Shown one piece after another: positions 11,010 through 25,300 of a stretch of 52,537 bases of DNA. Position 1 is the stretch's first letter, and each line of letters opens with the position of its first letter. Origin of the DNA: Bigelowiella natans CCMP2755 (Eukaryota; Protista; Cercozoa); the NCBI GenBank assembly GCA_000320545.1, contig ADNK01001741.1, positions 1-52,537 of the forward strand, written 5' to 3'. The notes beneath the pieces are model-generated. The model worked only from the letters and a program-made list of their open reading frames with translations, had not been told where the DNA came from and did not search any database. The position numbers and the translations under genes were made by a program.

Positions 11010-11936
11010 ATGACAAACAAGTTGAATGAAAAAACATGTGAGGAAGGTATATTCCTAAGAGTAGGCGTTGGTAGAGAGTTCGCAGCTGCTGATGATTATG
11101 TTGGATGTGTCTGATGAGCGTCGCCCTACACACTAGGCGTTCAAGTGCGGCAAAGACAAACAATATGCGATCCTGGTGAAAAGGGATGAGGGCATGAATC
11201 AAAGTCGCCCAAGCCCTTCTGTTTCAGACGAGAAAGGTGCAAATTTATGAAAATAGATCACAAAGATTATCACATAAACCGAAGTTAACTAACTTTCAGA
11301 TGCTTACGGGCGTCACGTTGTCTCCCTAGCCGACGACACTGACTTCTTCATCGAAATTCGAAATGAACACAAGGAGCGATGGTGTGATGTCGTAGTTGAA
11401 ATGGCAGGAAAGTACGTGACTATTTCTGAACTAACGTGAATTTTCGAGTCCTACCATCTAATGTAGATTGCTTTGTTTTAATCCAGTTTACCTTCTACCC
11501 CGAGTGGTATGAGCCAAATTTCAACCCGCGCAAGATTCCTGCTAACTTCAAGATTCATGCTCCAACGGATAAACACTGCGCTTATAGCGTGAAGAACAGA
11601 AAGAAATATGTTCCCGAGCGCCTGACAAGAGGGGTTGCACATTAATTTCCTTTCTATCAACTCGTCCTTTGGAGTTGTTACTTCTTTTCGTTCTCCTCAC
11701 AATTATCTTCCTAACAATGGACAAAAACGTGTGGAGCACGCACTGAGTGAAGTGTCCACAGTCCTTCTGACAGCCTATGCTTGTTTCGGTAGTTGTTCAT
11801 GTCAAACGTGGTCTCCAAGCAAATTCTTGAGAAGGAGGATCACGGCATGATGGTTGATTGTGATAAGTCTGATAGTAGTCTACGCGTCGTCATTAAGGTT
11901 TTTCATCCGCCACTTCGCAAGTTAGAGCCTCTGTGA
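11010..11936 (+). CDS. Multi-exon hypothetical protein
   Basis: GT-AG-bounded open segments AFKCGKDKQYAILVKRDEG.., DAYGRHVVSLADDTDFFIEIRNEHKERWCDVVVEMAGK, ..IQFTFYPEWYEP.., LFMSNVVSKQILEKEDHG...KLEPL*; exon phasing not fully resolved. Confidence 0.5.
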
Positions 11937-12089
11937 TTCAAGTCCACACATAGACATATAGTTCTGTGTTTGTGTACTAGTGTATGTAGTTTTAGCACAA
12001 GTAAATGAAAAAACATCAGATATTTCATATGTTGGTTAGGTATATGTGTGGTATATATGACTAGATAAGACGGATGTAATGAAAGGATT

Positions 12090-12580
12090 GAATAGCTTGC
12101 TTGCATGCGCGCAACACTCTAGCACTATTGCTCGCGCAACACTGCTATGCGCTAGATACACTGGCTATAGCTAGAGCTAGAGAGCCGAGACAAGCCTAGC
12201 TAGCTAGGCGATGCCATCACGTTAGCATGCTATCGATGATATCGATCATGCATCGATCAGTGACGACGCTACGCTACGATCGCACATTGTCATTGTTGTG
12301 TCGCACTCGCGTGTTCTTCTAGTATATACTAGTGTTCATGCACTCCACATTGCACATTCTATCATTGTGATAAATTTGCAGGTGACAGAACGTGCTAAGA
12401 ATCCAGCTACTACTATATGCATGTACATTCGCGTGAGGATTGCTAGCTAGATCGGAGTGCATTGTATGACGACATGCGTGCAACGCGTCGCAGCCTGTTA
12501 GCCTGCGTGCGATGCTTGCAGCATTTTAGCATTGCTAGATTGCTAGATTGCTTGCGCTTCTAACGTTGCAACATGTCGAA
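12090..12580. other. RY-alternating, palindrome-rich island between convergent genes
   Basis: Dense GCTAGC, TAGCTA, GCATGC, ATCGAT and TGCA; few homopolymer runs. Confidence 0.8.
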
Positions 12581-12950
12581 TGGTCTAAATGAGCGTCTTT
12601 AGGTTTCCAAAAAAATGAGAATGGATCATAGATCATCGGCATGTGACAACATATATGTTATCGGACAATGTACCGTCGATGTTTAAAAAAACTTTTGCAG
12701 TCCTATTGCAACGCCATTAAATATCAATAGATATGCCTTAATTATGCGACTTGCATGCTTGAAACTAATACCATGCCTCTCTTCGAGTCTAGGAGCTGGC
12801 GCACTGCTCAGAGAATTGAAACTTTGTCTGCAGCAGGTTTTCTGTATAAAGGCTAACGCTAATGTATCAAGTTTATGGATTCTATGAAAAAGGCTGATCA
12901 ATGCATATCTGGCAGATTAAAAGCTCTTCGCCCCTTCATATCCCAGAGAA

Positions 12951-14723
12951 CTACAAATACAGGAAAAATGTGAGTTTAAAATGTGAGTTTACATCAATTA
13001 AGCGCTTATATTGGTAATACCCTTCGTCTTCGAGAGCATTGGTCCGAGGGGCAATGTTCTCAGTGTTTGAAGAGAAGCTTATTTCTGAATCCCCATGTTT
13101 GTCATGCTCGTCGTCCATCATATCAATCAGATTTCTTCCCTTATGACCTAGAGGCGTAATTGGAGGACATGGGCTTGAAAGTGTTGATGGAAGAAATCCT
13201 TTATAATCCGGGGTTCTTGGGTGTGGAGAGGCAGACATTGACATCTCCAATGCTGTCTTTGGAGGAGGAGAAGTTATGGACTGGGACAGTGTTGGAGTTT
13301 TCGGTGGAGGAGTATAACCTAAAATAGAACCAATTGGACTCCTTGAAATGCTGATAGGGGTGGGTGGGCCCGGGGATCCTAGAGGGTACATCTGGTTCCA
13401 ACGGAAATTTGCACCGAAGGGAGAGTCGCGCGTGTGGGAGCTCGAAAATGATGTGTTGAAAGATGTATTAGGAGAGTCCTTAGAACTTGGGAAAGGATTG
13501 AAGATCAGGTCTTTGCTGTGTCGTACTTTCAGCATTGGACTAAAGCTTTGACGTCTTTTCACAGGTGGTGTCTCGGGTGCCAGAGGGATTGAGAAGTCTG
13601 CTGGCGTTTTCAAAAAGGCATTCGTGCTTGAGGCCTGGGCACCGGAAATTGCATTCTCAATACTAAATTGATTTCCTCTCCCTTTCAAAGTTCTTAAGCA
13701 TTCAGCTGCTTCTCTGACTAGATTGTCAGAAACTGGAACACAGACTGGAAGCTTGGTGACAACCTTTTTGCCTAGATCAACTAGGAAATTCACAAACTAA
13801 TCAGAAATTGCCACGATGATCGGTTTTTAATTAGGTTTACACTCACTTTTTCGTTTTTTGCTTGATGTAGAAGCCTTTATCTTCGGTTTATTCGCATGAG
13901 CTTTCTTTGGGGCTTGAACAGTCACATGCCGCCGTAAATGCGAGTAGAATCGGTTCTTAATGGCGTTGTCCGTTCGACCTAAACCAAGACATGTTTAAAG
14001 TCTGCATGCCATGCTATAAGAACACATATACCGGGAAGATATTTTCTGATCTGGGTCCACTTTGTTCCAAACTTTGCATAAAGTTCGATGATTCTTTTAT
14101 CTTCATGTTCCGTGAAGGGAGTCTTAAGAATCGTGGGATCAAGATGGTTTATCCAGCGTTCTCTGCATTGCTTTCCAAGTCTGAAATCACTTGATTTAGA
14201 GTGTGGCGGTGAAGATATGTTGTTTGCGTAACGTACCTTCCAGGGACATATTTAGCTATGTCCGACCACTTCCCTTCCCCAAACACTTTTATGTAGTGTA
14301 AAATGAGAGCATCCTCGTGCTCTGTCCATGGCCCCTTCTTGATATTTGGGTCTAACACCTTTCTCCATCTATGTAGGCACTGTACGTCCGATTTAGCGGT
14401 TCCAAAAGCATCTCGCGCAATTGCTTTCCAGTTCTTTTCGTCGTGTTTAATAACAGATCGCTGTAATCAACAGTTATTTATTGAGTGAAAATCACCGTCA
14501 TATTCCAAAATGTTGAAAGTACCCTCAACTTATCGTCGTCATCCTGAGTCCACTTTGCAACTTTATTCCTATTGGTGTGGACTCTTGCTTTCGATTTCTT
14601 TGGTGCCGATTTCACAGGTTTGCTCTTAGGTGTTCGTAACAACTTATTTGTCTTCGATGTTGCTATGACTGTGCTATGATACAATGCAGCTGGCATTGCA
14701 ACTGGAACAGAATGAGATGTCAT
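12951..14723 (-). CDS. Three-repeat (R1R2R3) MYB transcription factor
   Basis: KWTQDDDDKLR|RSVIKHDEKNWKAIA..SDVQCLHRWRKVLDPNIKKGPWTEHED..KWSDIAKYVPGR|LGKQCRERWINHLDPTILKTPFTEHED..KWTQIRKYLPG|RTDNAIKNRFYSHLRR, followed by an S/T-P-rich C-terminus; exact 3' end uncertain. Confidence 0.92.
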
Positions 14724-15760
14724 CTCGGTGAGCTTTCTTTGCTCAAGGGCCCGAGAGGACGAGACAACCTTCGTTTAGGTCAGAACAGTCCCTGCTTTCC
14801 TGAGAAAATGTTTGGGATTCCACTCGTTATGCAACATTTAGAAAAATATAGGAAGAGAACGTTGGCGAAAATAGTTTATTGAAAAGATGCTTAAAAATAC
14901 AGTATGTGGTTATGAATGTAGCTTTTGTGAGCATGGAGTCATACACAATCCGGGGGGGGTTCGCTGTACCAATGGTGTCCAGGAAGGATCCTTCGATGTA
15001 AGTTTTCCACAAACATTCAACAATTCCAGGTGATTTCCTTCATTTTCCTGCATCATATGATGGATCTTATTTAAAATCCCGATCTTCGGAATGAAAGATA
15101 ATAATTATGGTCTTAATTATCCGTGTGAGGAAATAAATATTTTCGTAGGCAATCTAGGACATAAGACTAATTCTAAATCAATAATCTAGATGAAATCGCT
15201 GGTTCTGCATGTTCTGAGAAAGCGAAAGCGTCGTTATAAACAAACAGTTTCGCGCCATTTTAGCCGATTTAATACGTGCATAAATGTCAAAAATATAAAG
15301 CGCTCTTTATATGTGCCGTTTCTCGCCGAAAGTTTTGATTCTGACTTTCTTCCCACTAAATTTAATACAAATTCCCGGCAATCAAGATAATATCGAATGA
15401 TATCTGACAGTGACACAACTGTCCTGCCCGAGACTAAGGTTTGCGAGCAAAAACGGTTGATAAGCCTTACTTTTTAATGACATGAAAGTACATGGTTACA
15501 TTGGTTTTTACATAAAACAAATCTTATTCAACAAAATCATGTATTATCGCGGGATATTAATTTCATACAACTGTACAAAATTAGTATCCGCATCTTTAAC
15601 TAATCTGAAAAATTAGAGATGATTTTTATAGCTACGACAAATGAATTTACTTGTCGTCATACATTAACAAAGCTGAAAAAGTAAAAGGCACAGTCTCTAA
15701 CTGCCACGTCTGCCCTACCTCTGCCCTACCCGCGCCCGGCCTCGAGCCGACTCTGCTCAA

Positions 15761-16777
15761 ATGAAGTTTGGGAAGATCCTTCGCGAAAATAGCAAGGAAG
15801 GATGGTTGTACTTAGATTACGATAACCTTAAGAAAATCATCAAGGATGGAGACTCATCTTCAAAGAGTTTTAAGAAGTTACTCTTGACTGACATTGTACA
15901 CGTCAATCAATTCTTTGAGAAGGCGAAGATGAAAATCGTTGACGAGGCCAGCAAGGACAAGAATTATCCTGAATTTTCTAAGCTAAAGGAACTTCACCAA
16001 TATGCTGTCTTGAACTACCTGGCTGTATTGAAAATTCTTAAAAAGCATGACAAGCACTACTTTCCGGCTATAAGGGAAGAGGTTCTAGAGGGGTTCATGC
16101 AAATGCCATTATATAAAGCCGTGAATTCACCCATACTATTCCAAAGCCTGGAAAAATCGGGATCTCTTCCCACGGGCCCCGACTGTCCGATCTGCCTTGA
16201 GCCTTCCATTACCCCTGTTACTCTAGAATGTGGTCATCAGTTTTGCTGGACATGTCTGTGGAACGGGGATATGGAGAATCACGTTGCTTGCCCGTTGTGC
16301 CGAAAATCACAAACTCTGAACCCTTCAGAAATCAACATCAACGACATTCTCGGGAAATTTTCAAAGAAGTATTTTCCCCGTTCCGTGGAAAAGAAGGAGC
16401 CCATGCCGGAAGGGAGCAGGGATTCTATGACTAAAGCTAACAATGAATCATTCCTTGCGGTTTCAAACGATATGCAAAAGATAACAAACGATATGCAAGA
16501 TATAAGTCTAGATGTCCGCACGAGGGAATCCAAAATCAAGATTGATTACAATCCACGAAAGTCGCGCAAGCCTAATCATGTTGGATCGCTTAATGAGCTG
16601 CGATATGAACTACACAAGGATCTATGTGCAAGGACAATGCTGGAAACGAGTATGGTTCCTGTAAAACAAGAAGTTCGTTCAGTCCGATCAATGACATGGA
16701 CGGCCCCTTCCTCACCATTAATGTCCACATTCAGTGAACAAGAGGATGACGACTGTATATTCGACCTAGAAATGTAA
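15761..16777 (+). CDS. SPX-RING E3 ubiquitin ligase (NLA/BAH1-like), single exon
   Basis: SPX motifs MKFGK..YLDYDNLKKII and LNYLAVLKILKKHDK; C3HC4 RING CPICLEP..ECGHQFCWTC..CPLCR. Confidence 0.92.
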   Translation: MKFGKILRENSKEGWLYLDYDNLKKIIKDGDSSSKSFKKLLLTDIVHVNQFFEKAKMKIVDEASKDKNYPEFSKLKELHQYAVLNYLAVLKILKKHDKHYFPAIREEVLEGFMQMPLYKAVNSPILFQSLEKSGSLPTGPDCPICLEPSITPVTLECGHQFCWTCLWNGDMENHVACPLCRKSQTLNPSEININDILGKFSKKYFPRSVEKKEPMPEGSRDSMTKANNESFLAVSNDMQKITNDMQDISLDVRTRESKIKIDYNPRKSRKPNHVGSLNELRYELHKDLCARTMLETSMVPVKQEVRSVRSMTWTAPSSPLMSTFSEQEDDDCIFDLEM

Positions 16778-17044
16778 ACCACATTAAGTGGCTCCCCTCC
16801 TTTTTGTGAAGAAATCGTTAAAATTTTACCCGGTTCAGCAGGAGGTCTTTAAGACCTGCTATCTTCATGTACAGCTCTATCCCGATTGAAGATAATTGTA
16901 AAAAAACAATGAAAAACTGTCAATAAAAATTTAAAACACCGTTGAAGTAAATTGTTAAATTTCGAGTACCATTTTGCTAATCAATATGGTTAGCTTGGCT
17001 GTCAGCGCAAAAAAAATATGAACTTCATATTGAGCGTTGAATTT

Positions 17045-17480
17045 CATGCGCTAGCATGTGCAAGCTAGGCTAGTAGGGTTTCTTGTCTTCATCGCAATCC
17101 CGGGCCCAGCACCATCTAGCCATATGATTATTTGTAGCGCGCGCGCTAGGCAACGGATCGACACAACTAGCAGACAACATGAATGGCGACATTGTTGTGC
17201 ATGCATGGTGCAGGCTAGCTAGCTAGCAGGGCGCAGTTATTAGCATTCGATCGATTCATAGCTGCTAGAGCTAGTGAGACATCACATTGCGCGCCATTAT
17301 AGGCCCAAGCGCATAGCAACTTGCAGCCTACACACGCAAGTACGATGCGATGTGCAGGCTTGCCACTTGCTAGCTTGCACGCGTACATAGCTACACAATT
17401 TGCTTTTGTGTGTGCTAGAAATGTGATCACGTTAGCGACCACATCTGCACATGCATGACACATCTCATCATCGATATACC
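17045..17480. other. RY-alternating, palindrome-rich island between convergent genes
   Basis: Repeated GCTAGC, GCATGC, GCGCGC and TCGATCGA between the SPX-RING stop and the aminotransferase stop. Confidence 0.8.
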
Positions 17481-17840
17481 GGTCTCAAAGCACTACTAGA
17501 GCAATGAATTGCGTTTGATTGGACAACACCAAACAGCAATTTGACGAAAACATCTTTAAAGACACGCAGAGGGAATGGTTGAATGAGAGCAACACTTACT
17601 CTAGTTACTGCTTCTGCAGCGACTCAATTGCTTTTCAGCTTCCGGAGCACTTTGCTTATAAGTGCCACCCCCGCCTCCAGATCCTCATTCTTAGCAAAAC
17701 TAGGTTGTTGTGCATTAGAAACAAAAGTAACACTATTTTAGTGAGATGGTAGACGATCATGCTGCACTTCCGACGTGCGTGAAATGCATGGAAAATAACA
17801 ATTCCATATCGACGTACTACTAATCTCACAGTTCAGCTAC

Positions 17841-18556
17841 TTAACGGGTGCACCATCCATTCTCCCATGCATACCCGAAAAGAACAAACAAAGAGTCTCT
17901 CAGCATATTCTCCATTTGAAGATCTAAGCTCTTTGCGTTGAAGGCAGACCTGAAAGAGAGTCGTAGCCATTGCGACGGATGGCTGTCTTCGTTGGCCTTG
18001 AAGAATTCTCCAGGAGCCAGCAATACCTTTTGGCACAACGAATTGTAAAAAAATTGAGTGCGGAGATTAGAGACCCCTATTTCAAGGGAAAATCAAAGAT
18101 CTCTGTCTATATCTCAGCCAAATATGTAAACGTTCCCCATGCAGGCATTTCTTCATAATCCTTTTTACTGGTCTGTATCATGTACTATGGAGGATCCACA
18201 AATGCATCTTTCACTTCTTAACCCATATGTAATGGGGGAGGGGGAGGGGGAAGGGGGGCGGGGGGGAGAGCTGTCCAAAGACTAATGAAGCGCATTTCAG
18301 ATTTTCTAGTAACAGCACCATCCATTGGGAATCTATTGGGAAATGCCAATCCCTTCGATGTTGTAACGTAAATAATTGCGGTGGACACAAATGACCTTGT
18401 TTTTCAAGAGCAGCTGCACAACTTCAACGCTCTTGATGCTCTGAGGGAGGGGGGTGATATGAGTGTACGCGTGTGTGAGCCCACACTGGATATAATGTTT
18501 GTTTAGTTTCTTGCCTCTTCAAGTATCAACATGCTTATTGTTGGATCTACACACGC

Positions 18557-18592
<36 letters not shown>

Positions 18593-18841
18593 CTATATTT
18601 ATATGTATTACACATATACATGTAACACAAGGCGCATATCTGTCGCTTGAAATAGCAATTCTCTTTCTCCTCACAAATCGTTACTATCATCAATCATCAT
18701 CATCGTCGTTTAATTTTCTTTCCCCTCTCCATCGCCACACACACCGTGACGGGCTTGAACCAGAAAAACATGCCTGAGAAGCAGCAGCGACATCAGCAGT
18801 AGCAGTGCATCATAGCAAGAATACCCAAAGCACAACGCGCG

Positions 18842-18921
<80 letters not shown>

Positions 18922-19730
18922 GAGAGAACCAAGAACACCAGCACTATATTCATTCATATATGGCAGAAGGAAGCATTTAGGTTGGTCTTCAGTCACGTCG
19001 TCATGTTTGAAAAACAGGGGGGGGGGGAAGGAGGTGTAGCTTCACTAATGTCTAAATTGTATTGAAAAAGACGCTGCGAGTGACTTCACCATCATCATCG
19101 GCTTCGTGAAATAAAGCCAACATCAAACTATACAATGTACGAAATCGCTAATTTGTCCTCTCAGTTTTGAGTTTTTCTTATCATAAGCAGCAAACATGAC
19201 CCGCGGTAGGCACTCTCCATTCACACAGCCCTTTCATTTCCTGGAGAATCAGTTTTGGGAAAAATAAAAGCGCAGCCAAGATGACCCACCACCAATCACA
19301 ACAACACAGCAGCATTAGCACAAAGTCTCGCTAATCTCACGGAACGATCACAAGGCTTAACACTATGCGTGCAAGGTAACACGATGATGCTGATATTGTT
19401 CTCGAGCCGGCATAAAGATCTCATTAATCTATACATCACGTCCTTCTACTATGGCTATTGCAACCACCCTTTCAAACGCGCGCGCTACGATGTTTCGCCG
19501 TTCTTGATACACTTTCTGTATCTTCTCAACCTTGGAGGTTACCGCAGCAGTAGAGAGAGAGAGACAAAACAACAACGCCAACAACAACCACAACCAGTTA
19601 GCATCTTTCAAGGGAAGTGCGTAAAAAAAGGCCTTCGCATGTACGTGTGTCGCGATGGTGTCGATCAGATTCAAGCTTTGACTCATTTTTAAATCATATC
19701 CAATATATTATACACACACACACACACACG

Positions 19731-19796
<66 letters not shown>

Positions 19797-21247
19797 ATAG
19801 TTTGCAGCATCCTGACTACGAACTGCCTCATGTGCTCACACAGTCATCACGATGTTGTCATCACATGCGCTTTGAGGCCTTTCCGGCCCCACTTGTCGAG
19901 AAGGCCAACCACCAGGCTCTGGCCAAACCAATCGTATCAAAACACGCACACTCAATAGTAGCTATTGTAATAATATTACCATCATTTTCACCGCCGCCAT
20001 CACCATCCCCGTCATCATCATCATCATGATCATCATAATCATAATTATCATAATCATCACAATCATCATCATCAAAACCAGCATCGAAGTCATCATCAGA
20101 ATGATCCCATTCACTGAAATCACTGCGATCGATCATGCGCTGGTTTGTCACCTGCGAAACGGCTGATCCTGTCTGTGTGCTTAATGCACTTGCCTGGTGA
20201 ATTGAAGCAAACATCCACATCGATTCCAACGACGACGCAAAACGAGCAAGGAGCATATCAAACATATACTCTCTTCCCCCCCCCATACTTTGTATTGAGA
20301 TTACTTTGAAAGAAAATCTGATAGAGCCATCTCCACGTCTTCCCTCCCTCCCTCCCTCCCTCCTCCCCCCCCCCCCCCCCCCCCCTTCTTACTACTTTTG
20401 TCATATGAACAACTAAATCTTTGGGCGCCGTAAACTGAGAAAATAACGAGGAAAGGGGGGGAAGGGGAGAGGGCGCTCTATAATTCTCATCGGAAAGAAA
20501 ACCAGCAATACATCTATCTACTATCAACTACATAATCGAGGGCAAAAAAATTAAAAGTTTCTTTAGAAGAATAAGTTAAAGGCGGTGGACGTTTCGCCGT
20601 TTAACGTCAAACAACGCACAGGCTCTGCGACAGCATGATGCTCGAGACCGAGATAATGACCCAAAATCAGCGCATCAAAACTTCACTAGGAACTTCGGTC
20701 ATCATGGGGGGAGGAAACGCTTCTTGATGCCGAAAACTAGCTTCATCACGATCAATGCTATCATATCTGAACACGCGGTCACTCTCACCCATCCCGTTCT
20801 AAGGCCAGGAGCGAGGAACTTGCTCACGGTGTCAATCCTTCCGCATCACACACCAAACAAGAAGCAGCAATACACCGCAGCCAAGGGTGACATATCAAAG
20901 GAAGTTTCAGCACCATTGCGTCGTATGCATATGCGCCGAGAGATATATGATTAGCAGGACAATCATTTTTCCCCCCTCGCAAAACTAGAAGAGAGCTATG
21001 TGGACTCTATCAGCGTTTTGGAGGAAAATAGTAGCAAGTATCATCTGTATACACATCGCTCTTGTGACGAGGCAAAGCGAAACATAGGGCGAAGCGAATT
21101 GCAAAGGCCGAATTCTGTGGTGATTGTTGTACATACAGAACAACGGCCTGGTGAGATGGCCACTGACCTCATAGCCCTGCCTTGTGTATCGATGCTCTGA
21201 AAACCACCGAACCGTAGTCCTGCGAGTTGCAATCAAGTAGGACACCG

Positions 21248-21286
<39 letters not shown>

Positions 21287-21343
21287 GCATGATGCGTTTT
21301 ATGCGTAATGGTGGCAGGGAAAGAGAGACAAAGAGAGAAAGAG

Positions 21344-21382
<39 letters not shown>

Positions 21383-21818
21383 GCACATTACATCTTGTAC
21401 ACTATCGCAAAAATACATACTCGTATCTACACACACACATATATGCACCCACACGCACACACGGCGCAATTAGCACCTGGAATGTCCGTAGATTTGACAT
21501 CGTGATTGTACCTAACACACATCAACGACGCACACCACCATAAGCTCAGGGCAGAATCTTCTCTAGAACCCGAAATATACACTCTCCCAAGAGCTACTAC
21601 AGCAAAGCGCTCGTTCCAGTAAAAACAAAGGCCCCAATGGCTCTTGGCAGTATTTATGCGGCGAGGCAAAGGTAGGTGAAGGCAAATCCCTCCATTTTCC
21701 CAAGGTCTCTTCCATAGGGTACTGAAATGCGTGCTGTTTGTTCTTCTTCGCAATGGGTGGTATAACCAATGATGGCTTATCATGATCATGATCATCATCA
21801 TCATCATCACCATCATCA

Positions 21819-21849
<31 letters not shown>

Positions 21850-22113
21850 GCTACCTCAGCCAGTCGTAGGCACAATCTTCCATAATCCAAAGATCATACC
21901 TTTTTCGAGGAGGGGAATATGAAAGGGGTTGGGAGAGGCGGAGGAGGAGGAGGAGGAGGAGGAGGAGGAGGAGGAGAGAAAACGATAAGGAATAAGTGCA
22001 GCATAGCGAAGAGTCGTTAGCAGCCTACACTTGCTGCGTGTTTCTGTATTTGGAATGTACGCTCTGCTATTCATGAAGCATAATATATGCTGTTTGGACT
22101 GACCCAGCTGTAA

Positions 22114-22153
<40 letters not shown>

Positions 22154-22845
22154 TCATACTATTATAGTATATACATAGCCAAAAAAGACTCATTGCAGAT
22201 ACTTCCGCTTAAAAGCATGCAAAGTCATCAGCGTGCACCTCTCTCCCAACATTAACAAAAACTACTATATGATGTTGTTATTGTCTTTACTAATTACTTA
22301 GGAGCAATATCGTAGATTTGCTTGATTCGCTCTTCGCTCATCACCGCCCCGCTCGGATTTGCTGGTTGGATTTCCAGTCATCGTGAGAGAGGGGAAGGGT
22401 AAGAAGGGAGCCGAGAATAAGGGTGAAGGGAGGGGGGGGGGGGGGGGGGGGGTGGCATCGATGGTCAGGGGCGATAGACTTTGAAGAGGGGGGAGAAAGG
22501 CCAGGGAAGGGAGAGAAGTATATAACAACAAACAGCCATACAAAAGCGCTGTACCGACAGATGCTCTCCCTCATCACTAATACGCGCGAACGCGTTGAAG
22601 TCATCATCATCGTCAATACTATCATCACCATAATCATCATCATCATCGTCGTCATTGCATCATCACCTCCAACAGGGATGAGGTAGATCCCAACGAAGGA
22701 CGCTTTCTTCTCTGCAAGGGCCTGGCACTTCTCCTCCAGCTTTTCAGGAATAATTCCCTAAGTAAATTGCGACGTCAAAATTGCACATTAGATCGATGAA
22801 TTATAAAAGATATACACACAACATACAAAATGAATATTCGTGTAA

Positions 22846-22888
<43 letters not shown>

Positions 22889-23879
22889 GTCACACACACA
22901 CACACAAACACACACACACGCAGAATTGTAATTGTATATCGAGATAGAGTTTCGTACAAAAATGAGTTAACAAGCCCCGAGGCGATGAATCTCCGTAACA
23001 AACCGAGTGCATACCTACCAGCTCATCAGCAGCTACCCCACACGCTTTAGCACCAACCCTACATCGCATCGCCCACGTGCAAGACCCCAACAATTTGCAG
23101 AACAGAACATTTACAAAATGAAATCAATTTTTCTGTTTATGGCTTTTAATGGCCTCGCACTGCGGTGGGAGCTCAGCCGTTGTGCAAACGCGTACGCAAA
23201 GAACTCTCTATCTAACAACATCCGTCGAGCCAACGATGATAGCACGGAAGGTCGGTGTGCAATTTACATTATATGCACGATGGTTTTGGTCTATCCGCTT
23301 ATGCTCGTCATCGTAAGGAGCTCAGACTTACCCTCTGATATTGGACAATGCCGCAGAGTACGTGTGATCTTCTGTCAGCACCACGTCGCCCTAGTGCGGA
23401 CATTGAGCGTCATCCACATAGACGAGAAGGAGAGGGGGAGGGATGGGGATGTGAAAGGCCTCTCAAGATGACCATTTATTTTCAAGGAAGCATGAAGAAC
23501 ATAAAGTCGAAGGATAGCATAAGATACTGCTCTGCAGCAAAGACACTATCAGCGTGGCTTACTGGGTTGAGTAGGAGGCCGCACAGCTTTTCAATCGCAT
23601 CGCTACTTCCTGCTGTTGGCACTACATCCCAGCCCTTGCTAGCCTACGATGGGTTGATGGCGACGGAGAAGGATTGCGGAAGTTATTTCCGTGCCAACAC
23701 GCTGAAAGTGTAGCAGTGATGAATCTGGAGGAGACAATCCTCGTGTTTCTTCTATTCGTTCTTCAGAAGGAAAAAGAAGCAGGGAAAAGTAGTAGCACTC
23801 GGCGTGCCGTGAGTGTGTGGGACAGCAAGATACAAGATCTATTCACCGGTTTCACGTATTCCTCCATAAAGTCCCTGTA

Positions 23880-23918
<39 letters not shown>

Positions 23919-25300
23919 TGTGTGTGTGTGTGTGTGTGTATGGATATATATGTCATTAAGAGAGGTGGTAGAATGGGGAGGATATGGTGAGATGTGCGCC
24001 AAATACTAGCGATGCAACGATGTTTTGCCCGCCTAAAATGGCTAGTCACTCTTCAACGTGTCGTGAATAAAGACGGCACACACAATTCAGCATGGTCAAA
24101 ATTCTATCATTCGAGTGCCAATATTTTGGATTTTTCCAGGAAATAATTTATTTCGGCCGAGTAGGTATCGCCGATATTAACTGCTCTTGTAATACCTGCA
24201 CCATGCTGTCAAGCTCTTCACCCCTGCGCCGTTGTACTTTTTAAAGGTATTTTTATCAGGCTGGAACCAGGAAACCCGCTACTCGCGAGATGTCGCAATT
24301 CGAAACCCAAAAGATGCATTTCTTGCATTCTTTTGCATCGTGTTGTGTAGGTCAGCCTTATGGGACTGCCATACAGGAGGAAACAATGCAGAAACATTCT
24401 ACTCTATCATAAGCACACCCCCTCCCCCATCGTAATCAAATTTGTATATTTTCTATTTTTCATCTTCTTCGCACCTGCAGAGCAAGGCGGAGACCTGCGA
24501 AAACAGAGAGAGGTTATGAGGCACTTTTGATCACCGTTGTTGTTACTGCTTAACCCAATTTTACGTGGGTATCTAAGTATCAGGACTCACCATTTCCTTC
24601 CGTAACCTTGACCTCTTCGCCCCCAGTTATTTTCGCTCTGTGGTGGTGGCAGAATTACATATTAAAGCACGTTTTGCAGGAAGAAGGTATATTGTTACTC
24701 AAAGCTGACGAAGGGAAACGCTTGTGCATTCGGCAATCCGCCCCCTAAGAGTACCATGTCTACGTGGGCATACAAGATTCTCAGAGCATTGTCCCAACAT
24801 CGGCTTTTTTTTTAGAGATTATTACCATCCTTTCCAAGGAATGGAGAACATAGTTTCTTCAGTTGGTTATCTGGACGAATTTTAGCCCTGTTTGACACCT
24901 GGAATTGCATAGGAGGATACCCAATTTGTAGCTTTTCACAATTCTCCCAGAATCATTGGTCGGAGCTGACCTTGTCATCCCATCGAAACGTAGATCTGCT
25001 CATCGGCTCAGAGGAGGGAGGGGAGGTGCTCAAGCAGCCTGAGAGCACGAGTATTTTAGATCAATTTCTCAACGGGGAAAATCCTATAAATATACAAAAA
25101 CAAAGGCGGATTTTTCAAAACGTCAACGGAAAGATTTCCAGTAAAAAAAGCCAGAAATATCCACAGAAATGCACACGTGTCTTCGGTTCGTCGAAAATTT
25201 CCTGGCGTAAGCCTGCCAGTCGGAGGAGGAAAACCATTCTTTTGCATGCCGTTTCACATCTGCGACTGTCATTTTTTTCAAGTAAAATTTAGGGCATTTT
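17841..25300 (-). CDS. Class I/II PLP-dependent aminotransferase (2-aminoadipate/kynurenine, Aro8-like), many small exons; start not located precisely
   Basis: Exon peptides in order: GGLPNAQAFPF (~24740), TAGSSDAIEKL (~23600), GDVVLTEDHTYSAAL, GIIPEKLE..IYLIPVGG, ANPSGAVMSEERIKQIYDIA, YDLWIMEDCAY, RIDTVSKFLAPGLRTGW (PLP Lys, ~20810), YQERRNIVARAF, PTAG|MFFW, VLLAPGEFF..WLRLSF. Confidence 0.85.

Noticed and set aside
12090-12580. Islands as a MITE/SINE family
   Set aside because: No shared alignable sequence, terminal repeats or target-site duplications visible among the islands; the similarity is compositional.
14723-15761. MYB + SPX divergent pair as a PHR1-SPX phosphate module
   Set aside because: The MYB is 3R-type, not the MYB-CC/GARP PHR1 type; I saw no GNATATNC (P1BS) site in the interval.
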